A stretch of 64,000 bases of DNA from Anolis carolinensis (GCF_035594765.1 NC_085842.1:140381036-140445035), one strand, 5' to 3'. Shown: positions 25,779 to 38,970, counted from the first letter of the stretch. Made by a program: numbers and translations. Notes: generated by a model not told the origin, from the letters alone.

Positions 25779-26986
25779 TTCGTTTTTGAGTAAATGGACA
25801 TGGGATTGTGCTGCATTTCTCTGCTTCTAAATAATGACTTGATATTTAAATGAAAAGGAGTTGATAAGTGCCAAAGTTTACAAAAACGACTTCACTGCCT
25901 GCTGCATTCTCGTTCACTATTCCTTTCTCTTTGCTCCTCAAGAGTTTAATTATATAAGAAATGTTCACAGTATAAATACAACCAAACTCTCATATCCTGT
26001 CAGACAACTTAGTATTGCAAACCTGACTAAAAAATACTGGCGACACATTTCAGCCCTGCATTGCTCTATCTTTATGAGTAGTATAGTTTAGTCTAGAGAG
26101 GCGCTCTGTTGAATAAGATGAGCTCAATCAAGGTCAGGACACAAATATGATAGTAGACTCACCTTTCCCTGCTCCTTTTCTCTTCCCCTCCCAGAACTAT
26201 ACATTTATGTACCTCTGGGGATATGAATTTATGTACCTAATAAGCTCCTGAGAAAATAAAGATGTTTCATTTCAAGCTCTGGAGGTTGTATCACATCAGA
26301 AATATGCCTTTTGTCACCTTCAGAAACATACTGTGTTCCTCTGCCAAAACTGTTATTGCAGAATTATAAAAAAGGCCTTTCTGTTACGGTCACCTTGGTC
26401 CATGCACTAAATGAAACAAGGGAAAGAGTTGGCATAAGATGTGGATTTTGAACAGAGCTAGAGAGTCGTTTTCAGTCCAAAGTCAGGTCGTGGCACTATC
26501 ACAACTGTTTGTGAGAACTGGGATGAAGGAAGTTTACAATGCAAGACAGTTCTGCAGCATCTCGCTATGAAAGCACAGTGCACATGGTCATATCAGCATC
26601 ATCATAAAGAAAACTTTTTTATGCCATTCATGCCCATATATATGATTGGTTCATAAAACCTTCTATTTGTCTAAGAGCATAATGTGAGGATTTTGTTTTT
26701 TCTAGCACTGTTGCTTATATTTCAAATTGAATCCCATGCTAGGATATCAATAAATATTAAAGGAAATACCATACATTCTACCCAGTAGCACTTTCTGCAC
26801 TTTATATTACCATTGTAGTGTCCATTAGAAAAAGTTTAATTTTAAGTATTTTATTGACATTTATCTAATTAATAGTATCTTGTACCCCACTTATAATAAA
26901 CGATTTAAATCTTTCATGGCCCCCACTACCCCCCCCCCAGCCAGGGCTGTGTCTGGGGTCCTGGGATTGATGAGCCCATCCACTAA

Positions 26987-27072
26987 GGCTGGATCTACAC
27001 TGTCATATAATCCAGTTGAATGTAGTTAATCTGCATTATGGAACTGGATCATATGGCAGTGTAGATCCAGTC
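26987..27072. mobile_element. 86-bp palindromic Harbinger-type mini-MITE
   Basis: GGCTGGATCTACACTGTCATA / TATGGCAGTGTAGATCCAGTC inverted arms. Confidence 0.75.
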
Positions 27073-28804
27073 ACAGTGAGAAGACAAACAGAAGACAAAA
27101 AGCAACTTTATAAACTATCGGCATTTGTTTTGTCCATGTTACTAAAAATTAATTATTTTATTAGGCAGATGGTGTCTTTTAACTTTGTCGGCACAACCAC
27201 ACTCCAATAAATAGAACAGACTTAATCTACAAGACTTGGATTGGTTTATTATGATGAGTTAGAATTCAATAAAGTGTCTACATGAAAAATCACAATGAAC
27301 TTCCAGAACTTTGTTGATGGTCAAAATAGTGAGAGAAATCTATCAGAAGACTTACTGCACAAAATCTTTCACATTAAAAGTATATACTTACAACACCGTT
27401 TTTGACACTGACAGAAGCCTGATTAGATTTCTGAAAACAATTTATGATAAGTTAATGTTAAGCATTAATGCTGCTTATTACTTATAATTAAATCTGGACA
27501 AATTGTGATTCAAAAATGGAAAAGCACTTTTCAGATAAACATAAAAAGGAGTTAAACTTTAGGACTGGCATTAAACACTTTGAAAAAAAAATTCTACTTT
27601 AGAAGCCCTTGATATCAGATACTGGTCTAGCAATGCACAGCTGCCAATAAACTGTGAAATTTAAACAGTAATTGTTTTCCATTAGGAGGGCAGAAAAACA
27701 GTTATAAAAAGGACCAATTAATAAAAAAACTAGATGTGCTTTTAAAAGACATTTGGTTTAAACCAAGCTGTTTTAAACCAGCCAATCGGGAAGTCCTCAG
27801 TTGCTTGCTTGTCTCTTCTCCTTCCAGTTTCTGTCTCCATTTGACCACTCACACTCCACACAAGAAAATGAATGGCATCAGAATTTAAGTACAATGAACT
27901 TTCAAATATTTTTAAATTGGCATATGAAAAAGCTGCTTTATAAGATAATTAATTTTCTGTAATAATTGAAGAAGAAGAAACGGAAATTCACAATTTGGCA
28001 ATACATTGATCAGGATGAAACAAATTGCCACAGAGGTGTCCAAGCTCTGGAGTTCTTCATTTTATATCTTATACAGTACACCCATAATTATATTATATAT
28101 TCTAACAGAAGAATAATCTAGAAGAGTAGGCACAAGCTTAATAAACCCACCAATTGTAACAGGGGTAAGAGACTCTACCAGACCAGCCTCATATGGCTTT
28201 GGAATTAAGTTAGGTCCTCTGTCCAAATTCTAAAAGAAGAAACCCAAAGAAATATTCAGGTATATACTTGACCTCTCCTCTTCCCTCCATGAGCAAGCAT
28301 TTGCTCTTCCTATGCATTCATTATCAAAGGCCGTTTGCTCGGCATCCAGAGGCCTACTGAAGCAAGTAGAGATGATTTGCTACCCGTTTGTGTTTAGACA
28401 AATCCAGCTTGGCAGCACGCCTGGATGTGCTTGTAGAAGTGAGGTAATGGCTCAGAGGCAGAAGCGCTCTGACTCAGATGTCTCAAGCTAATGAGCTCCT
28501 TATAACCCAACTTGTTTTTACAAATGCACAATCCATGACAATGTTGGTATGAATAAAGCTATCAGAGAAACTCAGCTCTGATGCTGATGTCAGCTTCCAT
28601 ACCATTGATGTTACTCTTCTTCAGGAGCTCAAACTCAAAGCTTTCAAGGAAGGTTTGCTGTTACATTTGCTATTTTAAATCAGGATTGGGATTCAACAGT
28701 ATTGGGACCTTTCCAGATTAATTTATATTATCATTCTCCAACACACAAAGAAAAAAAAGTACAGTAGATTTGTTTTTGAAGGCAGAATTAGGAAGCATGA
28801 CTTG

Positions 28805-29086
28805 GGGTGCATCTACACCAGGCATGGACAAACTTTACCTCTCCAGGGGTTTTGGACTTCTACTCCCACAATTCCTAACAGCCAGTAGGCTGTTAGGAAT
28901 TGTGAGAGTTGAAGTCCGAAACACCTGGAGGTCCCAAGGTTGCCCATACCTGATCTAACACTGTAGAATTCATGCAGTTTGACATAATTTTAACTGTCAT
29001 AGCTCAATGCTATGGAATCCTGGAAATTGTAGTTTGTGAGGCACCAGCAAAGAAGGTTCATGAGCTATGACACTTAAAGTGGTGTC
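28805..29086. mobile_element. Harbinger-type MITE (GGGTGCATCTACAC family) with nested hAT MITE
   Basis: GGGTGCATCTACAC|insert|TGTAGAATTCATGCAGTTTGAC matches the 43186 copy once the insert is removed. Confidence 0.7.
28819..28952. mobile_element. hAT MITE family B (CAGGCATGG ends), nested
   Basis: TIR CAGGCATGGACAA/TTGCCCATACCTG; TSD ATCTACAC / ATCTAACAC. Confidence 0.85.
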
Positions 29087-29931
29087 AGTAGTCTCAGTCC
29101 AACGTTCAAATCATTACACCACCCTGGCTCACCATGCTATGGTCATCACTTTCACTATTTAGCCCAAAAACTTGCTGATTTCCTTTGCCTTTGCTCAAAA
29201 TGAATAATCTCTCTGAGAGTGTTGGCAAAGAAGTCATAAGATGTTTGCCAACAGAGGAATACTTTATGTGGCAGCTTGTAAAATATTGCAGATTGTAGCA
29301 AATGGGACAGATGAATGGAGCCCCAGAAAATGGTTACAGGATCCCCATGTTCCTTGTGCTTAATTTCCAGGAAGAGAAGTCTAGGATGATATTATTCTAC
29401 TAACCCTGAAAATTCTGGGATTCCTAAATATCAATATGAGATACAGACTTTGATTATTCAGTGAGGGTGATATGGGGATTCTTCACACTACAATCAGCTT
29501 CTTAGTTGCTTGCAATCCATTTTTCCACACAAATCACCCCCACTCTCAAAATACTTAATCTGCTGTGGATACAGTGCTATGGTATCCTGAGGTCACTGAC
29601 TTTAGTACGTGTTTAAAGTACTGCAGGAACAAAGCCCTAATAAATTATTTTTATATTCTCCATTCTTCAGTTGTGACATCCATAAAAAAGATAAAGAGGA
29701 GCCCTCTAAGAACTCAGCCTTAGCTGCTTATCTCTTATTGAACAGTTAAAATACCAGCTTGGTTATTACTCATGCTTTCAACTAATGAAGTATTTTCTCT
29801 GCAGGGACTCCTGCACTTTGCATAAAGACTGCAATTTAGTTACTAGGCACGCATACTGAGGATTCCTGCCAAAAAGGTGAACATGTGTTTCACTATCACT
29901 TCAATTTGACTACAGTCCTCTTCTTCCATGC

Positions 29932-30188
29932 TTTTTTTTTCATGCCAGGAGTCACTTGAGAAACTGCAAGTTGCTTCTCATGTGGGAGAATTGGATGCCT
30001 GCAAGGACGTTGCCCAGGGGAAGCCCGGAAGTTTTATCATCCTAGTGGGAGGCTTCTCTCATGGGGTGATGGAGCTGACAGAGGGAACTCATCCGCACTC
30101 TCCCTGGATTCGAACCAGCAACCTTCAGATCAGCAACCCAACTTTCAAGTCAGCAGTCCTGCCAGCACAAGGATTTAATCCATTGCGC
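29932..30188 (-). mobile_element. tRNA-derived SINE (Sauria-type head, Vingi-like tail)
   Basis: Reverse complement aligns with 34672-34928; B box GGTTCGAATCC; poly(T) on + is the A tail. Confidence 0.8.
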
Positions 30189-30306
30189 TTAGAAATTGTA
30201 TGCAATTTATAGGATTCTCTGAAACAATCCAAGTTTTGACACCATGGGAAAATAATGGACAATTACTTCTTTGCAGTAACAAATATATTACATGTATAAT
30301 ATGATA

Positions 30307-30629
30307 CAGTAGAGTCTCACTTATCCAAGCTAAACGGGCCGGCAAAAGCTTGGATAAGCGAAAAACTTGGATAATAAGGAGGGATTAAGGAAAAGCCTAT
30401 TAAACATCAAATTAGGTTATGATTTTACAAATTAAGCACCAAAACTTCATGTTATACAACAAATTTGACAGAAAAAGTAGTTCAATGCGCAGTAATGTTA
30501 TATTGTAATTACTGTATTTACGAATTTAGCACCAAAATATCACGATATATTGAAAACATTGACTACAAAAATGGCTTGGATTATCCAGAGGCTTGGATAA
30601 GCGAGGCTTGGATTAGTGAGACTGTACTG
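30307..30629 (+). mobile_element. Tc1/mariner MITE
   Basis: TIR CAGTAGAGTCTCACTTATCCAA/TTGGATTAGTGAGACTGTACTG, TA flanks. Confidence 0.93.
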
Positions 30630-32000
30630 TACTTTTGACAATAGTGAGAGCATATTGTTATTCACTGCATTATTTAGAAAATGACAACATTTAGACAACA
30701 TTGCTTGCTTCCCCCCCCCCCCCCACATTAGCCCATTTATTATAGGAGTAAGGGTTTTATTCCCCAAAAAGAATCTTAAAATAATAAAGAAAGAAATGTA
30801 ACAAGTACTATAAAGAGCAACATAATAATTTATAGCAGCAGCAAAAACAACAAAATAGTATTGGCACAATACCACTTATTGTTTCTTTAAAGACATATCT
30901 CTCCAAGCTATGATTCTATTACTCCTTAGTAAAACAGCATAGCAAATTGCTAAATTTGCTAGTTTATATAAAAAAATCTTAGTTTATATTGAAAAAAGTG
31001 CAACTGGTGACAACCAGAAGTAGTTTTACGTTGTGTGAAGAACTCAGTGGCACTTTGTCCCTGAAACGTATTAGAAGTGTGTGGAAACAGAGGAGGACTT
31101 TCGCTTGATGAGGTCTCTAGAATGACAAAATTCCCTGTGAATGATCATTGATTCTCCAATCTGTGCCTGTCACATGCTAGAAGTCGATGGACTGCAATTT
31201 CTATCATTCCTTACTGTTGGCCATACTGAGCAAATCTGAGGGGAGTTCTAGTCTACCAGCATTTAGAAATCCACACATTACTCTCTCCCTACCCTGGATG
31301 TTTAAAGACTTGTCTAGACATGTACATCTATTGAATGAGACACACAATTTCAAATGAAGTCTATAATTTCCTAAGCAGAATACAGTAAGCCTTCATCCAG
31401 CATTCTGGGTTGCAAGATTTTAGTGGTTTATTATTCATGTTCCAAAACTGATGTATAGCAGAAATGTTTCTATCTCACAATAAAAAATTAGCCAATAAAA
31501 CTAAGTTTTAGATTTGGATTTTTTTTAAAAAAAGGGTCTTCCATTTCCCCTCCATTTTTATAAAGCTTCCACAGGATCTACATAAAATTTGGGCCCTGTT
31601 CAGGCTCATCGTATCCAGCCAAGCTATTCTTATCACAGGAAACCAACTGTCTGCCGCCATATTCATGTTTGGCTCTGGTACAAACTTCCTCTCTTGAAGG
31701 AGCACACCTGTGGAGGTTACTTTCAGACCTAAACAACCTGCTCACTCACAATCACAATTCCTCTCTCACAGAAACAAAAATCAACTTCTCTGTTTTTGCA
31801 GCCCTTCAAGGCAAAATCCACAAAATATGCACACACATATTAATACTACAAATATAACTCCACTTACTTCATATATTTAGAGGTAATAGTTTGACTTAAA
31901 GATGTTTCAATACTATAGGAAATACACAGAAAGGTTGAGTGATTTATAATTACTTATACAGTATTGTTATTTGCCAGTGCTAAAAAGCAGCAGTTTTCCA

Positions 32001-32452
32001 AATTTATTTATTTACAGTATTTATATTCCGCCCTTCTCACCCCGAAGGGGACTCAGGGCGGATCACATTATAACACACATAGGGCAAACATTCAATGCCC
32101 ATAAACACATCAAACAGAGACTGAGAGACACACGCAGAGGCAAGTTAACCTTCTTCTGAGGGGATGTTCGATTCTGGCCACAGGGGGGAGCAGCTGCTTC
32201 ATCATCCACACTGACGGCACTTCCTCATTCCAGGTCGTAAATTAGTTAATCTTGCCTCCCCACTTTATAAGTGGTACCTTATCTCCTACTTGATAGATGC
32301 AACTATCTTTCGGGTTGCTAGGTCAGCAACGAGCAGGGGCTATTTTTTATTTTTAATTGACGGGTGCTCACCCCGCCACGGGCTGGCCTCGAACTCATGA
32401 CCTCATGGTCAGAGTGATTTAAGGCAGCTGCTCAACAGCTGCGCCACAGCCC
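32001..32452 (-). mobile_element. Young tRNA-derived SINE with Sauria-like core and L2-derived 3' end (Anolis SINE2-like)
   Basis: Minus strand: A box TGGCGCAGCTG, B box GAGTTCGAGGCC, core TGCTGACCTAGCAACCCGAAAG…GGTACC, L2-type end GTGATCCGCCCTGAGTCCCCTTCGGGGTGAGAAGGGCGG then (TAAA)n; CpGs retained. Confidence 0.85.
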
Positions 32453-32639
32453 GAATAATTTTATTCGACTTCCATAAGACCTTATTCCTCTATAGAGAAG
32501 AATAAGAAGTCCTTCCTTACTTGCCCATTTGTGAAATGGGCAAGGAGGAAAAGTAGAAACATGCATAAATAGATGCATCTGCAAATAATAATTAAACTCA
32601 GGGTATTTTGATAAAGAATGTGCTTTTACTTAAATAAAT

Positions 32640-32863
32640 ACCCTAAAGGTATCAGAACCTGCTTAATCTTGGAAGCTAAGCAAGGTCAGCTCTGGTTAGT
32701 ACTTGGATGGATGGCTGTTAAGGAAATCCAGGAGGGTATAGGCTATGTTTTAGAGGAAAGAACAGGCAAAACTACCTCCGAGTATCCCCTACCTAAGAAA
32801 TTCCTATGAAATTCATAGAGTTGTCCTATATTGATAGGTGACTTGAAGGCACATATACACACA
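32640..32863 (+). mobile_element. 5S rRNA-derived SINE (SINE3, 5S-Sauria-like)
   Basis: ATCTTGGAAGCTAAGCAAGGTCAGCTCTGGTTAGTACTTGGATGG resembles 5S rRNA box A, IE and box C; unrelated body ending GACTTGAAGGCACATATACACA. Confidence 0.85.
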
Positions 32864-32865
32864 TA

Positions 32866-33180
32866 TATTTATGTTCCTGCCTTTCTCCCAATATGGGACC
32901 AAAGACAGAGCATACCCAATTAAACAGTTCAAAAATGTTAAAACAAGTAAATTATCCTATCAAAATAGCACTAATTTTAAACAGCTCAAAAACATTTTAA
33001 ACAGAGGAAAAGTACAGCACACATACAACCCTAAAAGACCCTTCCATGGTAACCAATCATGAGTCAAAGACCTGATAAATAAAAGTGTTTTTGGTTGCTG
33101 GTAAGAGGAGCGCAGTGAGGAGACAGCCTAGGCTATCATGGGATGAACTTTCATAGCCTTGGATGAACTCTTACATGTGT
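32866..33180 (-). mobile_element. Old L2 3' fragment
   Basis: Degenerate L2-type terminus (ATTTATGTTCCTGCCTTTCTCCC) and C-terminal ORF2 remnant. Confidence 0.4.
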
Positions 33181-33439
33181 TCACCAAATTTGTCTTTTAA
33201 CAATGGTGGCAGTCCGATAGGGAGATAGTGGCTTATAACCTATTGGTAGCTATTTAGTAGATTAGACCTGATTGGTGAGTCAACACAGAGGTAAATCCCA
33301 TTGAGTCAATAGTTTTATGTTAGTCAGGATTAACAATAGTATTTGGTATTTCAGATAGTCTGGAGTCACACCAAAGCCATCATGCTATGTAATGGCAAGT
33401 AAACTCAAAATAAGAGAAGAGTCCAAGCTTGCAGACTTA

Positions 33440-33860
33440 TATTTATTTATTTAAGATACTCCACTAAGTGGACTCAAGGGGGCTTACAACAGATTAAACC
33501 ATAAAGTGTAAAGGTTAAAAGCATAGTTAAAATCACAATTAAATAGACCCCTTATCACCTCCCTTTTCTGGTCTCCATAATGATGTGCAGATGACTGACC
33601 CATTTAAACTAGTTAAAACTCAACCTAGCCCTGACACATTCCATCTTTAGTTAAAAATAGAAATAGAAAGGTCTTTACTCCTTTCCAGAAATTTGGTAGG
33701 AACAGGGCAGCTCTTAGTTCTTCCAGAAGGGAGTTCCAAAGTGCTAGTGCCTGTCCTGAGAAGGAGCCTTCCCTGATCCTGCTTAAGCGCATCTTAAAAA
33801 GGACCTGAGTGGAGATAAGGGTCTCCCTGCTTGACCTCAACACTCGCCCGGTGTGTATGT
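33440..33860 (-). mobile_element. Old L2 3' fragment
   Basis: Peptide EGSFSGQALALWNSLLEELRAA…FWKGVKTFLF typical of the L2 ORF2 C-terminus; GGACTCAAGGGGGCTTACA terminus with (ATTT)n. Confidence 0.7.
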
Positions 33861-34524
33861 GGGTGTAAAAGGTAAGTCAAAGCCTCTATCATCTCCACTA
33901 TCTGGTCTCCCATAATGCTCAACCAGAAGCATGAAATGAGTATAAGGGCCTCTTTCTGATTTCTCTCACAAGCAGGAGTTGTATAGCAGATATCTACCAT
34001 GAATAGATCACACCTTTGTCTTCCAGAAATTTAATTACCTTTTCAATTGTACCTTGCAACAATATGGGTAGGTACTGGATGGTAGTGGAGGTAATTGTTA
34101 CCAATTTACAAAGAAAAACTATGGGCTGATTTGATCATATAAGCAGATGATTGCAAAGGTGGGCTTCTGCTTGAATGTCGAAGATCAAATACAATACTAC
34201 TGAATGAAACATACTTTTATAGCAATAGCTTTCCCCAAAAGTCTGGGGTATGAGGTATGACACTGCGACGCATACATTGTGTTTAGTATTGATGTTTAAA
34301 CCCACTTCCACAATCAAGCACTTACAATTATAAAAGGCAAGATGCTTTCCTCCTAAATATTTTGAATGAGAAGGTCATGAATTGTGGATTATATTCTTAG
34401 AACCTTTATCTGAAGGAGCTTCTTGTACAGGATGGTGGAAAGACAAATGAGTCTTTCTCAACCATGCTGTTCTATTCCTTTCCATCACACTCAGAAACTT
34501 GGAAAGAGTTTCCTAATTCTAGCC

Positions 34525-34603
34525 CAGTGTTTCTCAAACTGTGCTCCTCCAGATACTTTGGACTTTGGTTCCCAGGAATCCCAGCACAGTTTGAGAAACA
34601 CTG
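34525..34603. mobile_element. 79-bp mini hAT MITE
   Basis: Perfect 21-bp TIR CAGTGTTTCTCAAACTGTGCT/AGCACAGTTTGAGAAACACTG; flanks TTCTAGCC/GGCTATCC. Confidence 0.8.
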
Positions 34604-34671
34604 GGCTATCCCATGGTCTCATTACATATCTTCCAATGGGAAGTTTTCTGTTTGCATCACCAGATGACGTA

Positions 34672-34928
34672 GGGGCCGCCGTGGCACAATGGGTCAAACC
34701 CTTGTGCTGGCTGAACTGCTGATCTTAAGGTCAGCAATTCGAATTCGCACGACAGCGTGAGCTCCTGTCTGTCAGCCCTAGCTTGTGGGGACATGAGAGA
34801 AGCCTCCCCACAAGATGGTAACACACCCAGACATCCCCTGGGCAATGTCTTTGTAGACAGATAATTCTCTCACACCAGAATCGTTTTGCAGTATGTTCTC
34901 AATTCGCTTCTGACACGATTAAAAAAAA
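34672..34928 (+). mobile_element. Full-length tRNA-derived SINE (Sauria-type head, Vingi-like CTGACACGATTAAAA tail)
   Basis: A box TGGCACAATGG, B-box-like AATTCGAATTC, A8 tail, 11-bp TSD CAGATGACGTA/CAGGTGACATA (9/11). Confidence 0.85.
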
Positions 34929-35373
34929 CAGGTGACATATGACTTGATGATCTGCTTCTGTATGGGCAGTAATTGTCTCCAGTGAGAAGATGCACAAACA
35001 TATTGACGAAATCTTGCTAAAAAACTTCACAATAATTTACAAATCTATTTTTAAATACAATTTATCCAAAGCAGAAGACACACATTTGTAAACAAGTTTT
35101 CCAAGTCAGCCACTCTTTTATATAAAATACACTGGCTCTTTTTAAAAAATCTTTTTTCCAACTTCTCTCTCTATTTCATTTCCACTGATGAGATGAGGTG
35201 GGTCCAGCTGACATCGTGTTTCAAAGCAGGAAGAGGAAACTTCTCTGACAGCTTTTCACTGTCAGGGCCCAGACAAGCCTCCACTCTGCTCCTCAACGAC
35301 TCCATCCTATCTGTCTGCAAGCAGGATGAACTGTTTTCCCTTTAGACTTTTCACCCTGCTGTTGTAAATCCCA

Positions 35374-35388
35374 TTGGCACGCAGCCAA
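35374..35388. promoter_or_regulatory. Full palindromic NFI consensus site TTGGC-N5-GCCAA
   Basis: TTGGCACGCAGCCAA in non-repetitive sequence; motif match only. Confidence 0.4.
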
Positions 35389-36771
35389 AGCCTATGCTAG
35401 ACACAGCCATAATAGAGTCATTTTTCTTCTGCCCTTTGCAGGAGGAAACAGCAGAAATGCTCTCCTTTCAAATCATTTAACAAAGTGCAGATCCCAATTG
35501 AAGGTGACTCTGTAACCTCTCGTGCAGAAACCCTTGGCTCCACTGCCCTGTGCTCACCCCACAAGAAAGCAGAGGCCAACAGAGACCATTGAAAGGGAAA
35601 TGTGCTTTAGGAACAGCTTTCACTGTGGCAATAATGTGGTGATACAGCTACTTCTCTTGGTTTAATTGTCTGAGAAAAGGGCACATCAGTGGAATTACTA
35701 CTGGGAGTGGGTGGAAACTGCCATATGACTTAGGAGATGCTAGCTTTGGGCATAGTCAATACAGTGGCTACATACATGTTGTGCAGGAATCTTCCTTATT
35801 TTCTTCCTGTTACTGTACAGAACTGTGTTAACATCACAAAGCCTATTGCTATAGAGATAGCAAGAATACCACCTTCCCCTGAGATGTCTTGGTCAAAACA
35901 ATCATCCTACAGAATGACACACATTTAAAGTATGGTAATTCAAAGTCAATTTGATGGCAGTTAACAACATCAACAAAATAGTCCACAGCCATCACAGTCT
36001 GCCTTAACCCAGAAATAGGAAACAAGAAGGAGATACTGCTAAACTGTCTGTAACCTTCTTCATCGCTCAGCAATTGCAATGCTAAGTCAGGTGTTTTACA
36101 GATTGATGATGATAAATGGAAGCTCTTACGTGTGCCTGCAATCCAGAGTCACCTGCAGAACAATAAGCATGCCACTCTGGTTTGCAGAACAAAAATACAG
36201 GAACTTTACTGATTCCAAGAGATCAAAAACAGTATTTACAATGATCCCTTTGCTCATTTACAGAAGTCTACAGTCATAAATAGTCCTTTCTCAGTCCACA
36301 AATTTGCTTCAGATAAGAATACAGTCTTGATTCTTCTCCCTATTTTCTCAGCAGCAAACAGGCCTCAAAATAGCAAGGCCTCTCTGAGTACATTGTTACA
36401 CCAGCAGTACTCAGTCAGCACTGAAAACTTGTCAAAACTGGTTCTGCAACAGCAGAACAGAAACAGTACCAACAGAAACAGTATCAAATCAATCCCCAGG
36501 TCTTTGCAGGCTCAGCCAATTGGCTTCATGCACTTCATTTTCCAGTTAACACAGACAGCACAGTGCCTTTTGCAAACCATGACACTGTGGATGTTGCAGT
36601 TCAATAATATCTGGGTGGCCGCACATTTGCCACTGTGTGCTTCAGTCTTCTCCTTTTTCTTCTCCACTTTAGCCTCTGTCTTACCTTAATTGTTTAATTT
36701 TAGATTGCAGGCTAAGACAGAAACTTATTATTTAGCTTTTGTTCTGTCACAAGCTGCTATGTATACTAACT

Positions 36772-36935
36772 GCCTCATCACACTAGAACATGGATCCACT
36801 TTAAATCCGGTTTCTGCCTCCTGCAGAATTCTAGGGTTTGTAGTTTGGTGAGGCCCAGGACCTGTCTGGCTGAGCTGTTTAAAGGCTCCTCCCTAAAGTG
36901 TATTTAAAGTGGATCCAAGCTGTAGTGTGATGAAA
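36772..36935. mobile_element. Palindromic Harbinger-type MITE
   Basis: CTCATCACACTAGAACATGGATCCACTTTAAAT / ATTTAAAGTGGATCCAAGCTGTAGTGTGATGAA inverted arms. Confidence 0.7.
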
Positions 36936-37129
36936 TTCATTGAATGCTGCACAAAATCAAAATAGTTACAACAGTAGGCTATTACACCAGTATATCAGGA
37001 AGAAATGTGACTGGTAAAACTTGTAACTCACTGATTTTTAGAAAATGGACCAGTATAGAATAAGCTGGAAACACAAGAAGAACAAACAACTTCACATGTA
37101 AACTAAAAGAATGAACCCTCTTTCTAAAT

Positions 37130-37264
37130 CAGTGGTTCTCAATCTGTGGGTCCCCAGATGGTTTGACCTTCAACTCCCAGAAATCCTAAAAGCTGGTAAA
37201 CTGGCTGGGATTTCTGGGATTTGTAGGCCAAAACACCTGAGAACCCACAGGTTGAAAATCACTG
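37130..37264. mobile_element. hAT MITE family A
   Basis: TIRs; TSD TTCTAAAT/GTCTAAAT (7/8). Confidence 0.9.
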
Positions 37265-38905
37265 GTCTAAATCTTTGAAGAACGCTGAAACTTTTCAAAT
37301 TTTATAGCACAGATCACTCTTTGCCTGCCAAGCCTGAACCAAGGGCAATGAAGTGGATGCTTGCTCATTACTACCCTTCGGCCAAAAGTGCAGTGTACTG
37401 TGGGCAAAACAAGAGCAAACTTAAAACATCCACCATGTTCAGCTGGGCGCCACTCCATATGGGGAAGTTAGAATCAAAGTGGAAATCTACATTTTATTGA
37501 ATGAAATGCTGGATAATTATTCCCTGTTCTTCTTCAAGCCATCCAAGTGCCAGTCCCTATCTCACCCCTTCATCATGACTTATTACGTTCCTGTTACGTT
37601 TCTTTAGAGTTAATCAAATCCAAATGACTTCTTGCTCTAGTATGGCGTTTGTGTTGTCATTTGGATCTTGTGTTTTCTTTCCACTATGCCAAAGGGTGAT
37701 GACTCACTTGAATTACACATCACTAATAGCTAACAGAGACCCAATGGCATCCACACCAAAATGGCAATTATATCACTGAGGAAGCATGAGGCCTCCTGGA
37801 GTTCCAGGAAAGAAGCACACAGTCATGCTTCTAGGGCATGCTGGGAAAAGTGAAAAAATGGAGTCATCAGTAAATGGACATCGCTCAACAAAAACTGCCT
37901 GGGTGCAGCCACGTCCCCTAGAAATTTTTTAGAGCCAGCATTTTTATCAGCAATCATGATAAAAGCACGGAGCACTTACTGATAAAATGTGGAATACATA
38001 TTCATATTTACCCGTCTCTATGACAACAAGGGACAGTGGGTTGTCTAGAATAAATGCAATTACGATAAAGCAACAACATTGATGTCCTGAAGATAAACAG
38101 TGTGCTGGCAAAATCAACCTCAGTTGTAGAGAAGCTGAACAAAGAGAAAGGCTGCTGAGTAGGCATCCTAACCTACAATGTCAGAATATAGGTTAAATGT
38201 GGGACAGTTAACAGAGAAGAAGAGAGGGCACCAGTCACAGTGAGATACAAAAATGTCACAAAATGGGGTTTGATTGCTTATCAGAGAAACATTATGGCCT
38301 GAACCTTGGGGCATGGGCAGGGCAAATGAAGGACAGAATGCCCAATGGGTGCTTAGTAGTACTGTTGCTTGTCTGCATTCCCAGCTGACTGATTTGTAAT
38401 ATGCCATGGCAAGCGTGTATAGCATATGGAAGGAGTAGATACAGAGGTGAGGGTGGTCTTCACATAAGCTTGCCTAACTATGTAAAACCAACCCTCAGAT
38501 ATATGTAGAAGATTATTTTTATAATCTTTGTTATTTGTTTCAGCATTGTATTCCCCCTGTTTAATGCTTCGACCATTTCCAAGGAAGGGATTGAAAAAAG
38601 ACCCCTATAATGCTGGGCCCATACGCTTCTCAATACGACTATATTATGAACAAAATACTTCTAGAACACTGGAGCACCTTTTTCTAACTAGAGAACAGAA
38701 TCAGGAGGAGTGGCTAAAGCATGTCCTTATCTCTGTGATAAAATATATGCACTACTTGCTCAGAACATGTTCAGTCTCTGGAATCTGTGATTATCTGCTA
38801 TAGGTTCAAAGACAGATGGGTTTGTGAACATAGAAAGGAGGAAGCTGTTCCCCATCTCACAATAATTCACTAGGAATTATTCTTTGACCTTATTACAGCC
38901 ATATG

Positions 38906-38970
<65 letters not shown>

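Noticed and set aside
31508-31730. Minus-strand stretch open in two frames (possible exon)
   Set aside because: Weak acceptor, no clear donor and no recognisable protein similarity
32640-32745. 5S rRNA gene
   Set aside because: Diverged from 5S, lacks a Pol III terminator after the 5S-like part and is fused to a SINE body and tail
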